Numbered from the stretch's first letter, positions 1 through 8,980 are shown. The stretch is DNA of 64,000 nucleotides from Pseudomonadota bacterium (GCA_041178085.1 JBEGVZ010000037.1:12722-76721); one strand, 5' to 3'. Translations and numbers: made by a program. The notes: generated from the sequence alone by a model not told the origin.

Positions 1-317
1 AGGACAGCTTCCTTGATCGCACCGGACAGCGCGCCGCCGCTGGAGTCCATCGCTTTGACCTTGACCGCCAACACCGAGACAAAACCGGTCTTGCCGCCAG
101 CCGTTTTGACCTGCCAGTGCATGCCTTTTCGCTCAAGGGATTCGACCGACTCACCGGCTTTCAAAGTTGCCACCACGGCGGCACCTTTTTCCGGGGACGC
201 CGTGACCTGGACGCCGTCTTGCTTCGCTTCGACCGCACCCGCCAGAGCGCTACTGGATATACCGCAGACGAGGGCAATCAAAGCCGCTCGTAAGAATGGC
301 CAATGCTTGGGATCCAT
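1..317 (-). CDS. Exported SH3b-like domain protein (3' end runs off the window)
   Basis: My translation from ATG at 317: MDPKHWPFLRAALIALVCGISSSALA (signal peptide), then ...VTASPEKGAAVVATLKAGESVESLERKGMHWQVKTAGGKTGFVS, a bacterial SH3 pattern. Purine-rich RBS upstream. Absent from the ORF track because there is no stop in the window. Confidence 0.7.
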   Translation of the reverse strand, partial: MDPKHWPFLRAALIALVCGISSSALAGAVEAKQDGVQVTASPEKGAAVVATLKAGESVESLERKGMHWQVKTAGGKTGFVSVLAVKVKAMDSSGGALSGAIKEAV

Positions 318-340
318 AAGTCTCTTCCCCCTCAGCTCTG

Positions 341-367
341 AAATCGGGGTGACTTCCTGGATCTTTA
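341..367 (-). promoter_or_regulatory. Sigma-28 (FliA)-like promoter
   Basis: Minus strand TAAA-N15-CCCGATTT just upstream of the SH3b gene RBS. Confidence 0.4.
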
Positions 368-368
368 G

Positions 369-1619
369 TCAGCCCCGTAACCTTATGCGATGATAATGCT
401 TTTTGCCCCTCCGGACCAGACACCCGGCAGCCTTTTCCAGCTCTGCCACGGCGACTCTCGCCTGGACATCGGAAACCTTGACGTCGTCCACAGAAAGCCC
501 ACCCTGCTGGATCAGGCGTTTTGCCTCCGCCTTGGTTGCCACAACGCCGGAGAAAGCCAGCATGTCGACCACGCTGATATCAGGTTTCCCCTCCAGGGCG
601 CTGCGATCTACGAAATGCTCCGGTTCGTTGCCTGCGGACTGTCCCCCATGCGCACCGCTACTGAAAAGTCGCTGGGCCGATTCACGGGCATCGTTGGCAG
701 CATCCTCTCCATGAACGATTTTGGTGCACTCCCAGCCAAGACGCTTTTTGACATCGTTGATGGCGGCACCTTCCGCGCGAGCCAATTCCCGGATCTCGGC
801 CATCGGCAGGTCCGTGAAGTAGCGCAAGCATGGCTCGACCATGACGTCCTCAACGTTGCGCCAGTATTGAAAGTACTCAAACGGGCTGGTCTTCGATGCA
901 TCAAGCCAAACCGCGCCTTTTTCCGTCTTGCCCATCTTGCGCCCGTCAGGCGTCGTCAAGAGCGGCGTCGTCACACAGAAAGCCTTGCCGCCGGTCAGGC
1001 GACGCACCAGGTCCACCCCCGAAAGCATGTTGCTCCACTGATCGTCACCGCCAAGTTGCACCGAGCAATCCACCGTCCGGTAAAGGTGCAGGAAGTCGTA
1101 ACTCTGGAGCAGCATATAGTTGAATTCGAGAAAGCTGAGACCTTTCTCCAGGCGCTGCTTGAAGCATTCCGCTGCCAGCATGCGGTTGACGCTGAAGTGA
1201 CGACCAATGTCGCGCAGGAAAGGCAAATACTGAAGTGCTGTGAGCCAGTCGGCGTTATTGAGCAACACGCCCCGCGCCTGGTTCTTCAGGTCAATGAAAA
1301 GCCCCAGCTGCTCGCGAAGTCCCGCCAGGTTTTTTTGGATCCCTGAGTCGTCAATCATTTGACGCATCTCGGATTTCCCGGATGGATCACCGATCAACCC
1401 GGTGCCGCCACCTACCAGTGCCACAACCTTGTGTCCCGCTGCCTGCCAGCGACGCAGAGCCATCACCGGCATCAGGTGACCAACGTGCAAACTGTCGGCG
1501 GAAGGATCGAAACCGCAGTACGCGACACGGGTTCCCGAGGAGAGGTGTCCGGCCAATTCGTCCTCGTGGGTGATCTGAGCGATCAACCCCCTCTCCCGCA
1601 TGACTTCTAGAAAACCCAT
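369..1619 (-). CDS. tyrS: Tyrosine--tRNA ligase
   Basis: YCGFDPSADSLHVGH (HIGH), QLGGDDQW, KMGKT (KMSKS) and a C-terminal S4 domain. Start taken as MGFLEVMRERG at 1619; the ORF extends to 1721. Confidence 0.97.
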   Translation of the reverse strand: MGFLEVMRERGLIAQITHEDELAGHLSSGTRVAYCGFDPSADSLHVGHLMPVMALRRWQAAGHKVVALVGGGTGLIGDPSGKSEMRQMIDDSGIQKNLAGLREQLGLFIDLKNQARGVLLNNADWLTALQYLPFLRDIGRHFSVNRMLAAECFKQRLEKGLSFLEFNYMLLQSYDFLHLYRTVDCSVQLGGDDQWSNMLSGVDLVRRLTGGKAFCVTTPLLTTPDGRKMGKTEKGAVWLDASKTSPFEYFQYWRNVEDVMVEPCLRYFTDLPMAEIRELARAEGAAINDVKKRLGWECTKIVHGEDAANDARESAQRLFSSGAHGGQSAGNEPEHFVDRSALEGKPDISVVDMLAFSGVVATKAEAKRLIQQGGLSVDDVKVSDVQARVAVAELEKAAGCLVRRGKKHYHRIRLRG

Positions 1620-1696
1620 CTTTGCGCTATCCTTGAAGAAAGACCCAACACGATTCGTCAGCAAGTCCACCAAATTGTGCCGGGGGATCGGGGCCC

Positions 1697-2299
1697 ATGC
1701 AAGCCGAGAAGTGCCTGACATTCCTGCTCGGACCGGCCCATTCGGGCAAATCCGCGGAAGCCATTGCCCTGGCGGACCACAAACTGGACACGCTGGTCAT
1801 TGGCATGGCCAACATACAGCACCCGCTGATGCAGGCCCGCGTGGAGGCTCTGAAAGGCAGCCGACCCACTCACTGGCAGCACGTCGACCAGCCAGGCGAC
1901 CTGCCAGCATTCCTGTTTGCCGCGGCCCAGGCCCACGAACAAATCGTCATCGACTCACTCAACCTTTGGCTGGCCACGTTGACCGTGAATTGGCAAGCAG
2001 GCCAGGCAAGTCGCTCGGCAATTGACCTGGCCCAGATGCTGGGCACGGAATGCGACCGCATGGTGGATGCGCTGAAGAGAAGTCGCGAGTCCGCAGGCGG
2101 AACAAAACTGATCGTAGTCGGCGCCGAAATGGGTGCTTCCCCGTCTCCCCCCGTCGAAACTGAACGGGCATTCCGGGAAGCCAACGGAAAATTAAACCGG
2201 GCCATCGCCGCGACCGCAGACCGGGTTATACTCATGACGGCCGGTATTCCAACGGTACTTCGTTCCAACGTCCACAATCAGAGCCATATTGGAGGCTAA
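1697..2299 (+). CDS. cobU: Adenosylcobinamide kinase/guanylyltransferase (CobU/CobP) family protein, catalytic His apparently absent
   Basis: P-loop GPAHSGKS, RPTHW, IDSLNLWL and RAFREANGKLNRAIAATADRVILMTAGIP match the CobU family. Confidence 0.8.
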   Translation: MQAEKCLTFLLGPAHSGKSAEAIALADHKLDTLVIGMANIQHPLMQARVEALKGSRPTHWQHVDQPGDLPAFLFAAAQAHEQIVIDSLNLWLATLTVNWQAGQASRSAIDLAQMLGTECDRMVDALKRSRESAGGTKLIVVGAEMGASPSPPVETERAFREANGKLNRAIAATADRVILMTAGIPTVLRSNVHNQSHIGG

Positions 2300-2301
2300 A
2301 A

Positions 2302-2919
2302 ATGTTCAACGAATTTATCGGACAATCTGTTTGCCGGGTCATTGCAATCTCGGGTCTGACGGTTGCAAGCCTTGCGATCTCCAGCAACGCCTTCGCCATC
2401 GTCAGTGGCCAGGTCAACGTCGGCAAGCGCACCGCGACCAGCAAGGTCGGCGGCAGCGAAAAGACTTACGCCGCGGACGAATACGGCGCCGGAGTCTGGC
2501 TGGATCCAATTCCCTTGGTGCCAGTCGCTTTCGGGGCCAGCATGCTGGTCCAGAACTGGGATAAAGACGATTTCGGGGCGACCACCACGGGGTCCGAACT
2601 GAGCCTTGATGTCAAAGGCTGGTTGCCCATGGTTCCGGTCGTGACGCCGTATGCGAAATTGAGCTACGTCCTTGCAGGAACCATCCTGAGCGAAACCACT
2701 GGCCTGAAAAACAAGTACAGCGTGACGGGTACCCGCGCGAACATTGGCGTGCTCTACGGCATCCTGCCGACCGTGAGCGTGGCCGGTGAATTCGGCACAG
2801 GATCCCAGCAAATCAAAGTCGATGAAACCACCGTTGCAGGGGTGAAAGTCTCTGCGTCTTCGCCGTCTTACGACTGGAAGACCACCTCTTACGCCGTCGG
2901 CGTCAACGTCGGCTTCTGA
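2302..2919 (+). CDS. Small outer-membrane beta-barrel protein
   Basis: Signal peptide ending SNAFA, alternating amphipathic strands, C-terminal YAVGVNVGF (BAM-type terminal Phe). Confidence 0.75.
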   Translation: MFNEFIGQSVCRVIAISGLTVASLAISSNAFAIVSGQVNVGKRTATSKVGGSEKTYAADEYGAGVWLDPIPLVPVAFGASMLVQNWDKDDFGATTTGSELSLDVKGWLPMVPVVTPYAKLSYVLAGTILSETTGLKNKYSVTGTRANIGVLYGILPTVSVAGEFGTGSQQIKVDETTVAGVKVSASSPSYDWKTTSYAVGVNVGF

Positions 2920-2942
2920 CCCCCCCGGTACTGCGGTCTTAA

Positions 2943-2980
2943 CGGGTGCCGTGCTGGCAGCATCGCCAGTACGGCCCCGG
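2943..2980 (+). terminator. GC-rich hairpin after the OMP gene (possible terminator)
   Basis: GCCGTGCTGGC-agcatc-GCCAGTACGGC inverted repeat; no clear U-tract. Confidence 0.4.
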
Positions 2981-3249
2981 GAACTGCTCTTCTTCACTGC
3001 GCCTGACCTTGAAAGACATGCCCCGCCCAAGCCCTCCGCGCTAAATTTCAACACACTGAAAATTGAAACAAAACCTTCTAAGCAACGAACATTAATGGGT
3101 TTTACGCCGCCCAGAGATGTCTCTGGAACAAAAGTGGAAAATCCTTGGCCTGACGATCATTGTCCACCGTTTGCCCGGCCCCGGAATGGCATTGCCCGGG
3201 ACCGTGATCTAATCTAATTAAGGCCCTTGCCTGAGTTGGAGATTCAACG

Positions 3250-4011
3250 ATGCCAAATGACACGGTAACCCTTACAGACCATGCCTCACACGCCCAGCTG
3301 CCTGCGCGTGCAGAGAACCAGAACCAGATCGAGTCGATGTTCGACCGTGTCGCCCCCAAGTACGATTTCCTGAACGCCCTCCTCAGCTTCCGCCAGGACC
3401 AGCGCTGGCGCAACCGGCTGGCCGCACTCATTCCTTACAAGCCTGCCGGCGCATTGCTGGATGTCGCCACCGGCACCGGTGATGTCTTGATGACGGCATT
3501 GGTCCGGCGCAAGGAATACACGCGATTCAGCGGTGTCGACATCTCGAACGAGATGCTGGGCTTGGCCAAGGCAAAAGCGAGCCAGCGTCAGTTCAGCAAC
3601 CTTTGCGACTTTCATCAGATGAGCGCTGAGAAACTCAACTTCGCCGACGCCACCTTTGACTGCATCACGATTTCGTTCGGCTTGCGCAACGTCGTCGACC
3701 GGGAGAAAGCACTCCAGGAATTCAGCCGTGTCCTGAAACCAAAAGGCACTTTGCTCATCATGGAGTTTTTCACTCCCCGCTCCCACCTGGTTGCGAAGGG
3801 ATTCGAATTGTACTTCCACAAGGTTTTGCCGGTGATCGGCGGAATCTTCAGCGACCGAAGCGCGTACACGTACCTGCCTCGCAGCGTAGCCGCCTTCTAT
3901 TCGACGGACCAGCTACGTGGTGCACTGTACCGGTCAGGTTTCCTGGTGAACCAGGAAGTGTCGTTCTTGTTTGGCGGGTGCAAAATCATTCAAGCACGCA
4001 AGCTCGGCTAG
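3250..4011 (+). CDS. ubiE: Ubiquinone/menaquinone C-methyltransferase UbiE/MenG
   Basis: MFDRVAPKYDFLNALLS, LDVATGTGD (SAM motif), ISFGLRNV, RVLKPKG, YTYLPRSV. Confidence 0.93.
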   Translation: MPNDTVTLTDHASHAQLPARAENQNQIESMFDRVAPKYDFLNALLSFRQDQRWRNRLAALIPYKPAGALLDVATGTGDVLMTALVRRKEYTRFSGVDISNEMLGLAKAKASQRQFSNLCDFHQMSAEKLNFADATFDCITISFGLRNVVDREKALQEFSRVLKPKGTLLIMEFFTPRSHLVAKGFELYFHKVLPVIGGIFSDRSAYTYLPRSVAAFYSTDQLRGALYRSGFLVNQEVSFLFGGCKIIQARKLG

Positions 4012-4068
4012 GATCCACGCTTCACGAGGCGCTGGTTCGCGGTTGCTTCAGCAACGAAAGGTAAAAAC

Positions 4069-4509
4069 ATGAAACGTTTCGCCCTGGCATTGACTGCCAC
4101 CAGCGTACTGACGGGCCACTCAATAGCCGCTGCCGACCACCGGGTTCCGCCTGTTTTTGCCATCTGTGACACGGCCGAGGGCCTGCCCATGATGAACATC
4201 CAGGTCAGGAAATACGCGGACAACTCCGGTGTGATGGTTTATTTGGCGACGCTGCAGCCTGGGACGCGCTACTGGTCGACCGATGCTATCGTCGGGAAAG
4301 AACTCGACCTCGGCAGGGATCCAATTTGCGAAGTTTACGAATTCAACGCAAAAAAGAACCGCGGGACCGACGTCCGTGAAATACACGTATGCTTTGAACG
4401 CCATGAAAATGGAACCTATGGGGGCGTTCTTCGCCGGGATACAGAAAGCGGCTTTGAAGTCGAGCGCCCGCTAAGGTGTTCTTATCCGACACAACAGATA
4501 CCGGGCTAA
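4069..4509 (+). CDS. Hypothetical secreted protein
   Basis: MKRFALALTATSVLTGHSIAAA signal peptide, RBS aaaggt, 4 Cys. Confidence 0.65.
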   Translation: MKRFALALTATSVLTGHSIAAADHRVPPVFAICDTAEGLPMMNIQVRKYADNSGVMVYLATLQPGTRYWSTDAIVGKELDLGRDPICEVYEFNAKKNRGTDVREIHVCFERHENGTYGGVLRRDTESGFEVERPLRCSYPTQQIPG

Positions 4510-4550
4510 TTTCCTTGAACTGTTGATTGGCTGCGCCAGCATGCCGATGA

Positions 4551-5081
4551 TCAAGGTGCCGCGGATTCTTCTGGCAGATGCTTTCTAAATTCTTCAAGCA
4601 CATCGTCGAGAGCCTTTTCCAGAGCCTTCTGGTCAGCAACGTTCGGCAGGGACGTGCCGGTTGGAGGCGTCACGCCCGGAGCACCTGAGGCGGTGTTTGC
4701 GGGCATTGCTGCAGCTGGTTCATCAAGGTACATGCAGATGTAACCTTCGTTTACGGTGAAGAGGTTGCCGGTCTGGACCGGAGCCTTGCCCTTGGAATCC
4801 GTCACAAGGACCTTGAGTCCTGGCCCCTCGCAGACCGGAGTCAACGCCCAGCGCCCCTGATTGGTGGGTATGCGCGCCATGTTGGCAACACAAGGCAGCT
4901 GGCAGTTAACCACAGAGCGCACCACATTACGCATGTCTTCCAGGTTTCCGCGGTCACGCACCTTGTCCTGGACAAAGATTTGCTGGCGGAAGATCTCTGC
5001 TATCCCCAGCGCCAGGATCCCCATCAGCCCAATCGCTACCAGGACTTCAAGAAGAGAAAATCCATGGCTTTTTTGATTCAC
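4551..5081 (-). CDS. Prepilin-type (type IV pilin/T2SS pseudopilin) protein
   Basis: A GTG start overlapping the upstream TGA (GTGA) gives MNQKSHG|FSLLEVLVAIGLMGILALGIA, a class III signal with G-1, F+1, E+5. Low-complexity C-terminus. Confidence 0.8.
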   Translation of the reverse strand: MNQKSHGFSLLEVLVAIGLMGILALGIAEIFRQQIFVQDKVRDRGNLEDMRNVVRSVVNCQLPCVANMARIPTNQGRWALTPVCEGPGLKVLVTDSKGKAPVQTGNLFTVNEGYICMYLDEPAAAMPANTASGAPGVTPPTGTSLPNVADQKALEKALDDVLEEFRKHLPEESAAP

Positions 5082-5860
5082 CTTGATGTGATCCGCTTCC
5101 ATGAACCATCCTTCTTCATTGCGGCGAAAGCCTTTTGCCACTTCTCGACCTCTGCTCGTGGCATGTTGCGTGAGGCCGCCAAGTACAGGTCGTTCCGCCT
5201 GAGCACGATTCCGTAGTCCAGTTGTGCCGGGTCGTATCCCTCTGCCTTGAACACGAAGGGAGCGACCTTCCTTGCCACAAACCAGGCATCGATGTGCCCG
5301 GACTTGAGCTTTTTCGCATTGGTCTCTTCTGTCGCACCTGCATCCAGGGTGCCCAGACCATCTTTCTTCAGGAGAGCCGCGAGCGGACTGCCCAACAGCG
5401 CGCCGACACGCAGACCAGCAAGCTGATTGCGATTGATGATCCGGGCCCGTGTTCCTTTCATAGTCACGATCACTGCATCGTCTGAAAGGATCGGTGCGAT
5501 CCACTGATATTGCGCCTCGCGTTCCGGTGTCCTGGTCAGCGGAATGATAAAGCGCGGCAGATTGTCAGAACTGTCACGAACCAATTGCTGTGCACGGTTC
5601 CATGAAGTCAATTCAATGCGACCAGAATGCCCTGATCGACGTGCCATTTCGCGCACAACTTCGGCAAGGATCCCATCGACTCCGCTGCCATTGACGGTCG
5701 TATAGGGCGGAATCGCCGCAGCGAAAATCGCATATTCAGCGGCAGACTTGGCATTCTTTTCGCCATCAGCAACCCCAGCAAAGACGCTGCTGGCAATCGT
5801 CAGGCTCATGGCTGTCACGGCTGTCATGGATGTCATGGATGTCATGGCAGCGCGCATCAT
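5078..5860 (-). CDS. Family 3 (amino-acid-type) periplasmic substrate-binding protein
   Basis: IPPY, SWNRAQ, LTRTPEREAQYQWIAPI, KLKSGHIDAW, MKKDGSWKRI patterns; signal peptide. No cognate permease adjacent. Confidence 0.85.
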   Translation of the reverse strand: MMRAAMTSMTSMTAVTAMSLTIASSVFAGVADGEKNAKSAAEYAIFAAAIPPYTTVNGSGVDGILAEVVREMARRSGHSGRIELTSWNRAQQLVRDSSDNLPRFIIPLTRTPEREAQYQWIAPILSDDAVIVTMKGTRARIINRNQLAGLRVGALLGSPLAALLKKDGLGTLDAGATEETNAKKLKSGHIDAWFVARKVAPFVFKAEGYDPAQLDYGIVLRRNDLYLAASRNMPRAEVEKWQKAFAAMKKDGSWKRITSR

Positions 5861-6342
5861 CCAGGCACGCTCCCGTCAAATACGGCTTCGACAAAATCCG
5901 CCGGCAGGCTGGCAGGCGTAAACTCCCCGACTGCAATGGGGACTAGCTTGAAGATTGCCCTGAAATGAACACCTTTTGACTTCTCCAGCGGCAAAGATGA
6001 CTGGGATATTTTTGCCAAGGCGTCCCCGTGACTGAGCTCGCCTGGCAGCATCGCATGAGCAGCCATCAGAAAGCGATCTGATTCAAGGATAAAACGTGTC
6101 GCAAGCCAGATTGGCCCTTGCCGGGCAGCGCGACGGTATTCCGCATCGACGTGAACGACGGCCAGCACGCAGCGCTGATCAATCATTTTCTGCCACGTCC
6201 AGCCCGCGGTTGTGAATACAGCGTTGCGGGCACGATCACAGTATTTCAAGTAGTTGGCGTGATAAAGAACACCACCGGCATCGATGTCATCAAATGGGAT
6301 TTCGAAGCGTTCGAGGTACAACTTGCTCTGGCGAACGCTCAT
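5857..6342 (-). CDS. Acyl-CoA thioesterase, YbgC/4HBT hot-dog family
   Basis: DIDAGGVLYHANYLKYCDRAR motif. Confidence 0.88.
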   Translation of the reverse strand: MSVRQSKLYLERFEIPFDDIDAGGVLYHANYLKYCDRARNAVFTTAGWTWQKMIDQRCVLAVVHVDAEYRRAARQGPIWLATRFILESDRFLMAAHAMLPGELSHGDALAKISQSSLPLEKSKGVHFRAIFKLVPIAVGEFTPASLPADFVEAVFDGSVPG

Positions 6343-6794
6343 GATTTGCCCTTTTGGACGGGATGTACGGTCGCAGCGCCCTTGGCTACGGTGACCTCTT
6401 CGAATTTACCATTTTCAAGGCGGAAGCTGCGAGGCAGGTGATGCACACCAAGCTTGCGGGCAATCTCATCTCCGGCCAGGCAACGCTGACGGACGTCAAA
6501 ATGCTTCAAGGTGGCTACGGCAGCTGATTCCTCGTCGAACGTCGAGAGAAGTATCAGGTCTTCTCGCGAAGGTTGCCCGCGCAGGCTTTCCAGATCGTCC
6601 TTGCAACTGCCGCACCAGCTGGCAAAAAACTTGATATGCAACGGCCGGCCAGGAACCTGCAACTTGACAAGATCGTCCGTCGTGATTTTCGGGCACGCGC
6701 GGGAACTGACGGTATTTTCAGCGCGGGCGTGCGCGGCAACAAGCAGTGCCAGTATCAAACTGGAATATAGAATTTTTCGGCATAAAAGGTTCAT
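6339..6794 (-). CDS. Exported thioredoxin-like (TlpA-type) protein
   Basis: Signal peptide ending AHARA, FFASWCGSC active site, LGVHHLP cis-Pro loop. ATGA overlap with the upstream gene. Confidence 0.82.
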   Translation of the reverse strand: MNLLCRKILYSSLILALLVAAHARAENTVSSRACPKITTDDLVKLQVPGRPLHIKFFASWCGSCKDDLESLRGQPSREDLILLSTFDEESAAVATLKHFDVRQRCLAGDEIARKLGVHHLPRSFRLENGKFEEVTVAKGAATVHPVQKGKS

Positions 6795-7765
6795 TGCATT
6801 ACCCGCGACCAGGCAAGGGACCATGTGGATGCGACGACGGAGTTTCGTGTCTGACCAATCGCCCCCTGACGCGCCCAGGTCATTTTAACGGTGTTGCCAT
6901 CGCCGGCCGCAACGTCACCGGAGGCAAAAAGCCCGTTTGCAGCCTGCGACGAACCGGGTACCTCCGTACCATCCTGGGTAAGCGGTTGGCGGCGATCTGC
7001 CGTCATGCCGCCGGCCAGCTTGACTGGTACAGTATGGACCAGACCGGGCACCGGGACCTCCACTGTGCTGGTAACCGACGCAGTGACACGAATCAACCGC
7101 CCGGGTCGGATGGCAACATCGTTCATCCTGACGGGTGCTGATTCGGTGATCACCGCCGAAAGCCCAGGTTTCACTTGTGGCATCATGCCCATCCAAACAT
7201 CCAAGCCGGCCCGGTACTCATCATGACCACTGCCGCCAACATCGAGCAGCGCCGGGTCAGTGGACGTTGCTGCGGATTTCGCAAGAGACGGGCGAAAGCC
7301 CGCAACCAACTGCACCTGGGGCAGATAAGATTCCGTCAGGCGAGGCATCAAGATGGTGTAGCGTGCATTGAGCGTCGGATCGGCCAGCACCGTGCGGCTC
7401 CTTCCGTCGCGCTGATTGTTGATCACAGGCTGGGCAAGGACAAAAAAAACGCGCGGCGAAAAACCAATCCCGGCGGCAAAGGTACTGCTTAAACGACGCT
7501 GGGGGCCGAGGGAAGCAAGCAGCTCCCCAGATGGTCCGGTGGATGCCAGTGCGGGAGTGGCGGAAGTTCCCGCCAACAACTTGACTGTTTCGGCTGGAAA
7601 GAGAACCAATGGGTCATCCCCGCCACTACCGCAGGAAGCGCAGCCAAAAGCATCGGAAGCCCTGGCTGCGAGCAAGCTGCCGGCCACCAGAATCGTTACT
7701 GCCAGTTGTGAAAGGCAACGGCGCAAGAAGAGACTGACTCCCGTTCGGGCGCTCCACCTGGCCAC
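6791..7765 (-). CDS. Putative outer-membrane beta-barrel protein with N-terminal CxxC
   Basis: Signal peptide followed directly by CASCGSGG, then amphipathic strands with LADPTLNARY and GGSGHD motifs typical of transporter-like barrels. Confidence 0.6.
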   Translation of the reverse strand: MARWSARTGVSLFLRRCLSQLAVTILVAGSLLAARASDAFGCASCGSGGDDPLVLFPAETVKLLAGTSATPALASTGPSGELLASLGPQRRLSSTFAAGIGFSPRVFFVLAQPVINNQRDGRSRTVLADPTLNARYTILMPRLTESYLPQVQLVAGFRPSLAKSAATSTDPALLDVGGSGHDEYRAGLDVWMGMMPQVKPGLSAVITESAPVRMNDVAIRPGRLIRVTASVTSTVEVPVPGLVHTVPVKLAGGMTADRRQPLTQDGTEVPGSSQAANGLFASGDVAAGDGNTVKMTWARQGAIGQTRNSVVASTWSLAWSRVMQ

Positions 7766-7768
7766 AGA

Positions 7769-8242
7769 TTAACTTGCCGGGACTGTAACCGGCACGGTCA
7801 AACGGTGTTCCGTTTCTTCGGAATCATCGGCGCCGGCCTGGGCGGAACGTATGGTTATCTTCAGGTCCCAAGGGCCTGACATCACGAAGAATACGTTGCT
7901 GACACGCCAGGTGCCAATCGAATCCGCAACCGGCGTGACCACAGGTTGAACGTTTCCGGAACCGTGGTTGTGAATCGTCATCCACGGGGTTACGGTGATT
8001 GCCTTCACCAAAAACCCCTGTTTTGACTCAATTTTTAGAACGAAGGAGTTATCCACCCCGACGGCCGGCCCTTGTTCCCAAACGGCTTCAACCTTGAGCC
8101 CAGCCCCGGGTTGGATGTTCAGCGGCGCTCCTGATCCCGTTGACGACTGATCCCCATCCTCGGGAGCGGAATTGCCAGCGGACCCACAGGCCGCAGCCAA
8201 ACCAAGGAAGGCGACCAAGCCAAGGGCGCGCAGCATATTCAA
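7769..8242 (-). CDS. YtkA/FixH-like Ig-fold lipoprotein
   Basis: Lipobox LAAAC; PWMTIHNHGS...NVFFVMSGPWDLKITI matches the YtkA-like M-x-x-[MH]-x-H and F-x-M-x-G-x-W pattern. Confidence 0.78.
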   Translation of the reverse strand: MNMLRALGLVAFLGLAAACGSAGNSAPEDGDQSSTGSGAPLNIQPGAGLKVEAVWEQGPAVGVDNSFVLKIESKQGFLVKAITVTPWMTIHNHGSGNVQPVVTPVADSIGTWRVSNVFFVMSGPWDLKITIRSAQAGADDSEETEHRLTVPVTVPAS

Positions 8243-8616
8243 CGGGCCTCGATGACATTAAAGGAAAACTTGCCAGTATCGTTGTTCTGCAGGCGCACAC
8301 GGACTTCCCAGTCCCCACGCATCATGAAATTCATGCTGCGGATCGCGGTACAGCCATTGGCCTGCGGGTAAAGAGCAACCGGTGAACTGCCATGCCCCAT
8401 GGAGGGCATCCAAAGCTCTGCTTTCATCAACATGAGATTGCGGGAGTTGCACAACACGGCTTCGCTCGAAGCGGTCGTTACAACATCATCAGTGAATTCG
8501 AGGGTCAATGTGTCTCCAGCACGGCTGACCGAAGTAAAGGTCGCGGCTTGGGAAACATTTGAAAATAAAGCTGCTGCGGCAGCTGAAACGATCAATAAAA
8601 CGATGTTTTTTTGCAT
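8239..8616 (-). CDS. YtkA/FixH-like secreted protein
   Basis: Signal peptide ending VSQA; LWMPSMGHGSSPV...MNFMMRGDWEVRV. Start MQKNIVLL at 8616 with RBS agaagggg. Confidence 0.8.
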   Translation of the reverse strand: MQKNIVLLIVSAAAAALFSNVSQAATFTSVSRAGDTLTLEFTDDVVTTASSEAVLCNSRNLMLMKAELWMPSMGHGSSPVALYPQANGCTAIRSMNFMMRGDWEVRVRLQNNDTGKFSFNVIEAR

Positions 8617-8760
8617 GACGGACCCCTTCTGACTCGGTCCATAATCCAACCGGGAAAGTCCTGCAACGGAAGATGGTGGCGCTTCGGACTGACTTGGGCT
8701 TCCCACAAAAAATGGGGCGGCCTTGGGTTATCGAACCATCATCGTTATTCCACAGCACAC
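8617..8760 (-). promoter_or_regulatory. Structured 5' leader with cobalamin-riboswitch-like motifs (atypical or degenerate)
   Basis: Minus strand has GATGGT...ACCATC closing stem, GTGGGAAG, AAGTCAG, AGTCCGAAGCGCCACC and a GGACC/GGTCC hairpin enclosing the RBS. The canonical central aptamer core is not recognisable. Confidence 0.35.
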
Positions 8761-8936
8761 CAGAATCATTGCGCTAAAAAGCGACCACGACCGGGCCCAC
8801 CCCAAATGCGTCGAAAAACAAATTACCTTCGTTATTACGGGGACTTAAACGCAAGCCAAACTGCCGAGATTCCACGCCAGAGGGCTGTGCTCGCCCATTC
8901 AGGCCGCAGGCATCGAATAAAATGCGGACTCTGCCT

Positions 8937-8952
8937 TGGCATATGAGTTGCT
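8937..8952 (+). promoter_or_regulatory. Sigma-54 -24/-12 promoter
   Basis: TGGCATATGAGTTGCT, exact GG-N10-GC spacing, just upstream of RBS agggagg and ATG 8981. Confidence 0.65.
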
Positions 8953-8980
8953 CAGGTTGCCGTCAGGGAGGCTTCCAAAG

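Noticed and set aside
4033..4047. Sigma-54 promoter TGGTTCGCGGTTGCT before the 4069 gene
   Set aside because: GG-to-GC spacing is 9, not the strictly required 10.
5082..5504. N-terminal extension of the 317-aa ORF 4551-5504
   Set aside because: It overlaps the SBP gene in another frame; the true prepilin leader begins at GTG 5081.
5805..5850. 9-bp repeats (MTSMTSMTAVTAM) in the SBP signal peptide
   Set aside because: Short low-complexity duplication in a signal region with no evidence of function.
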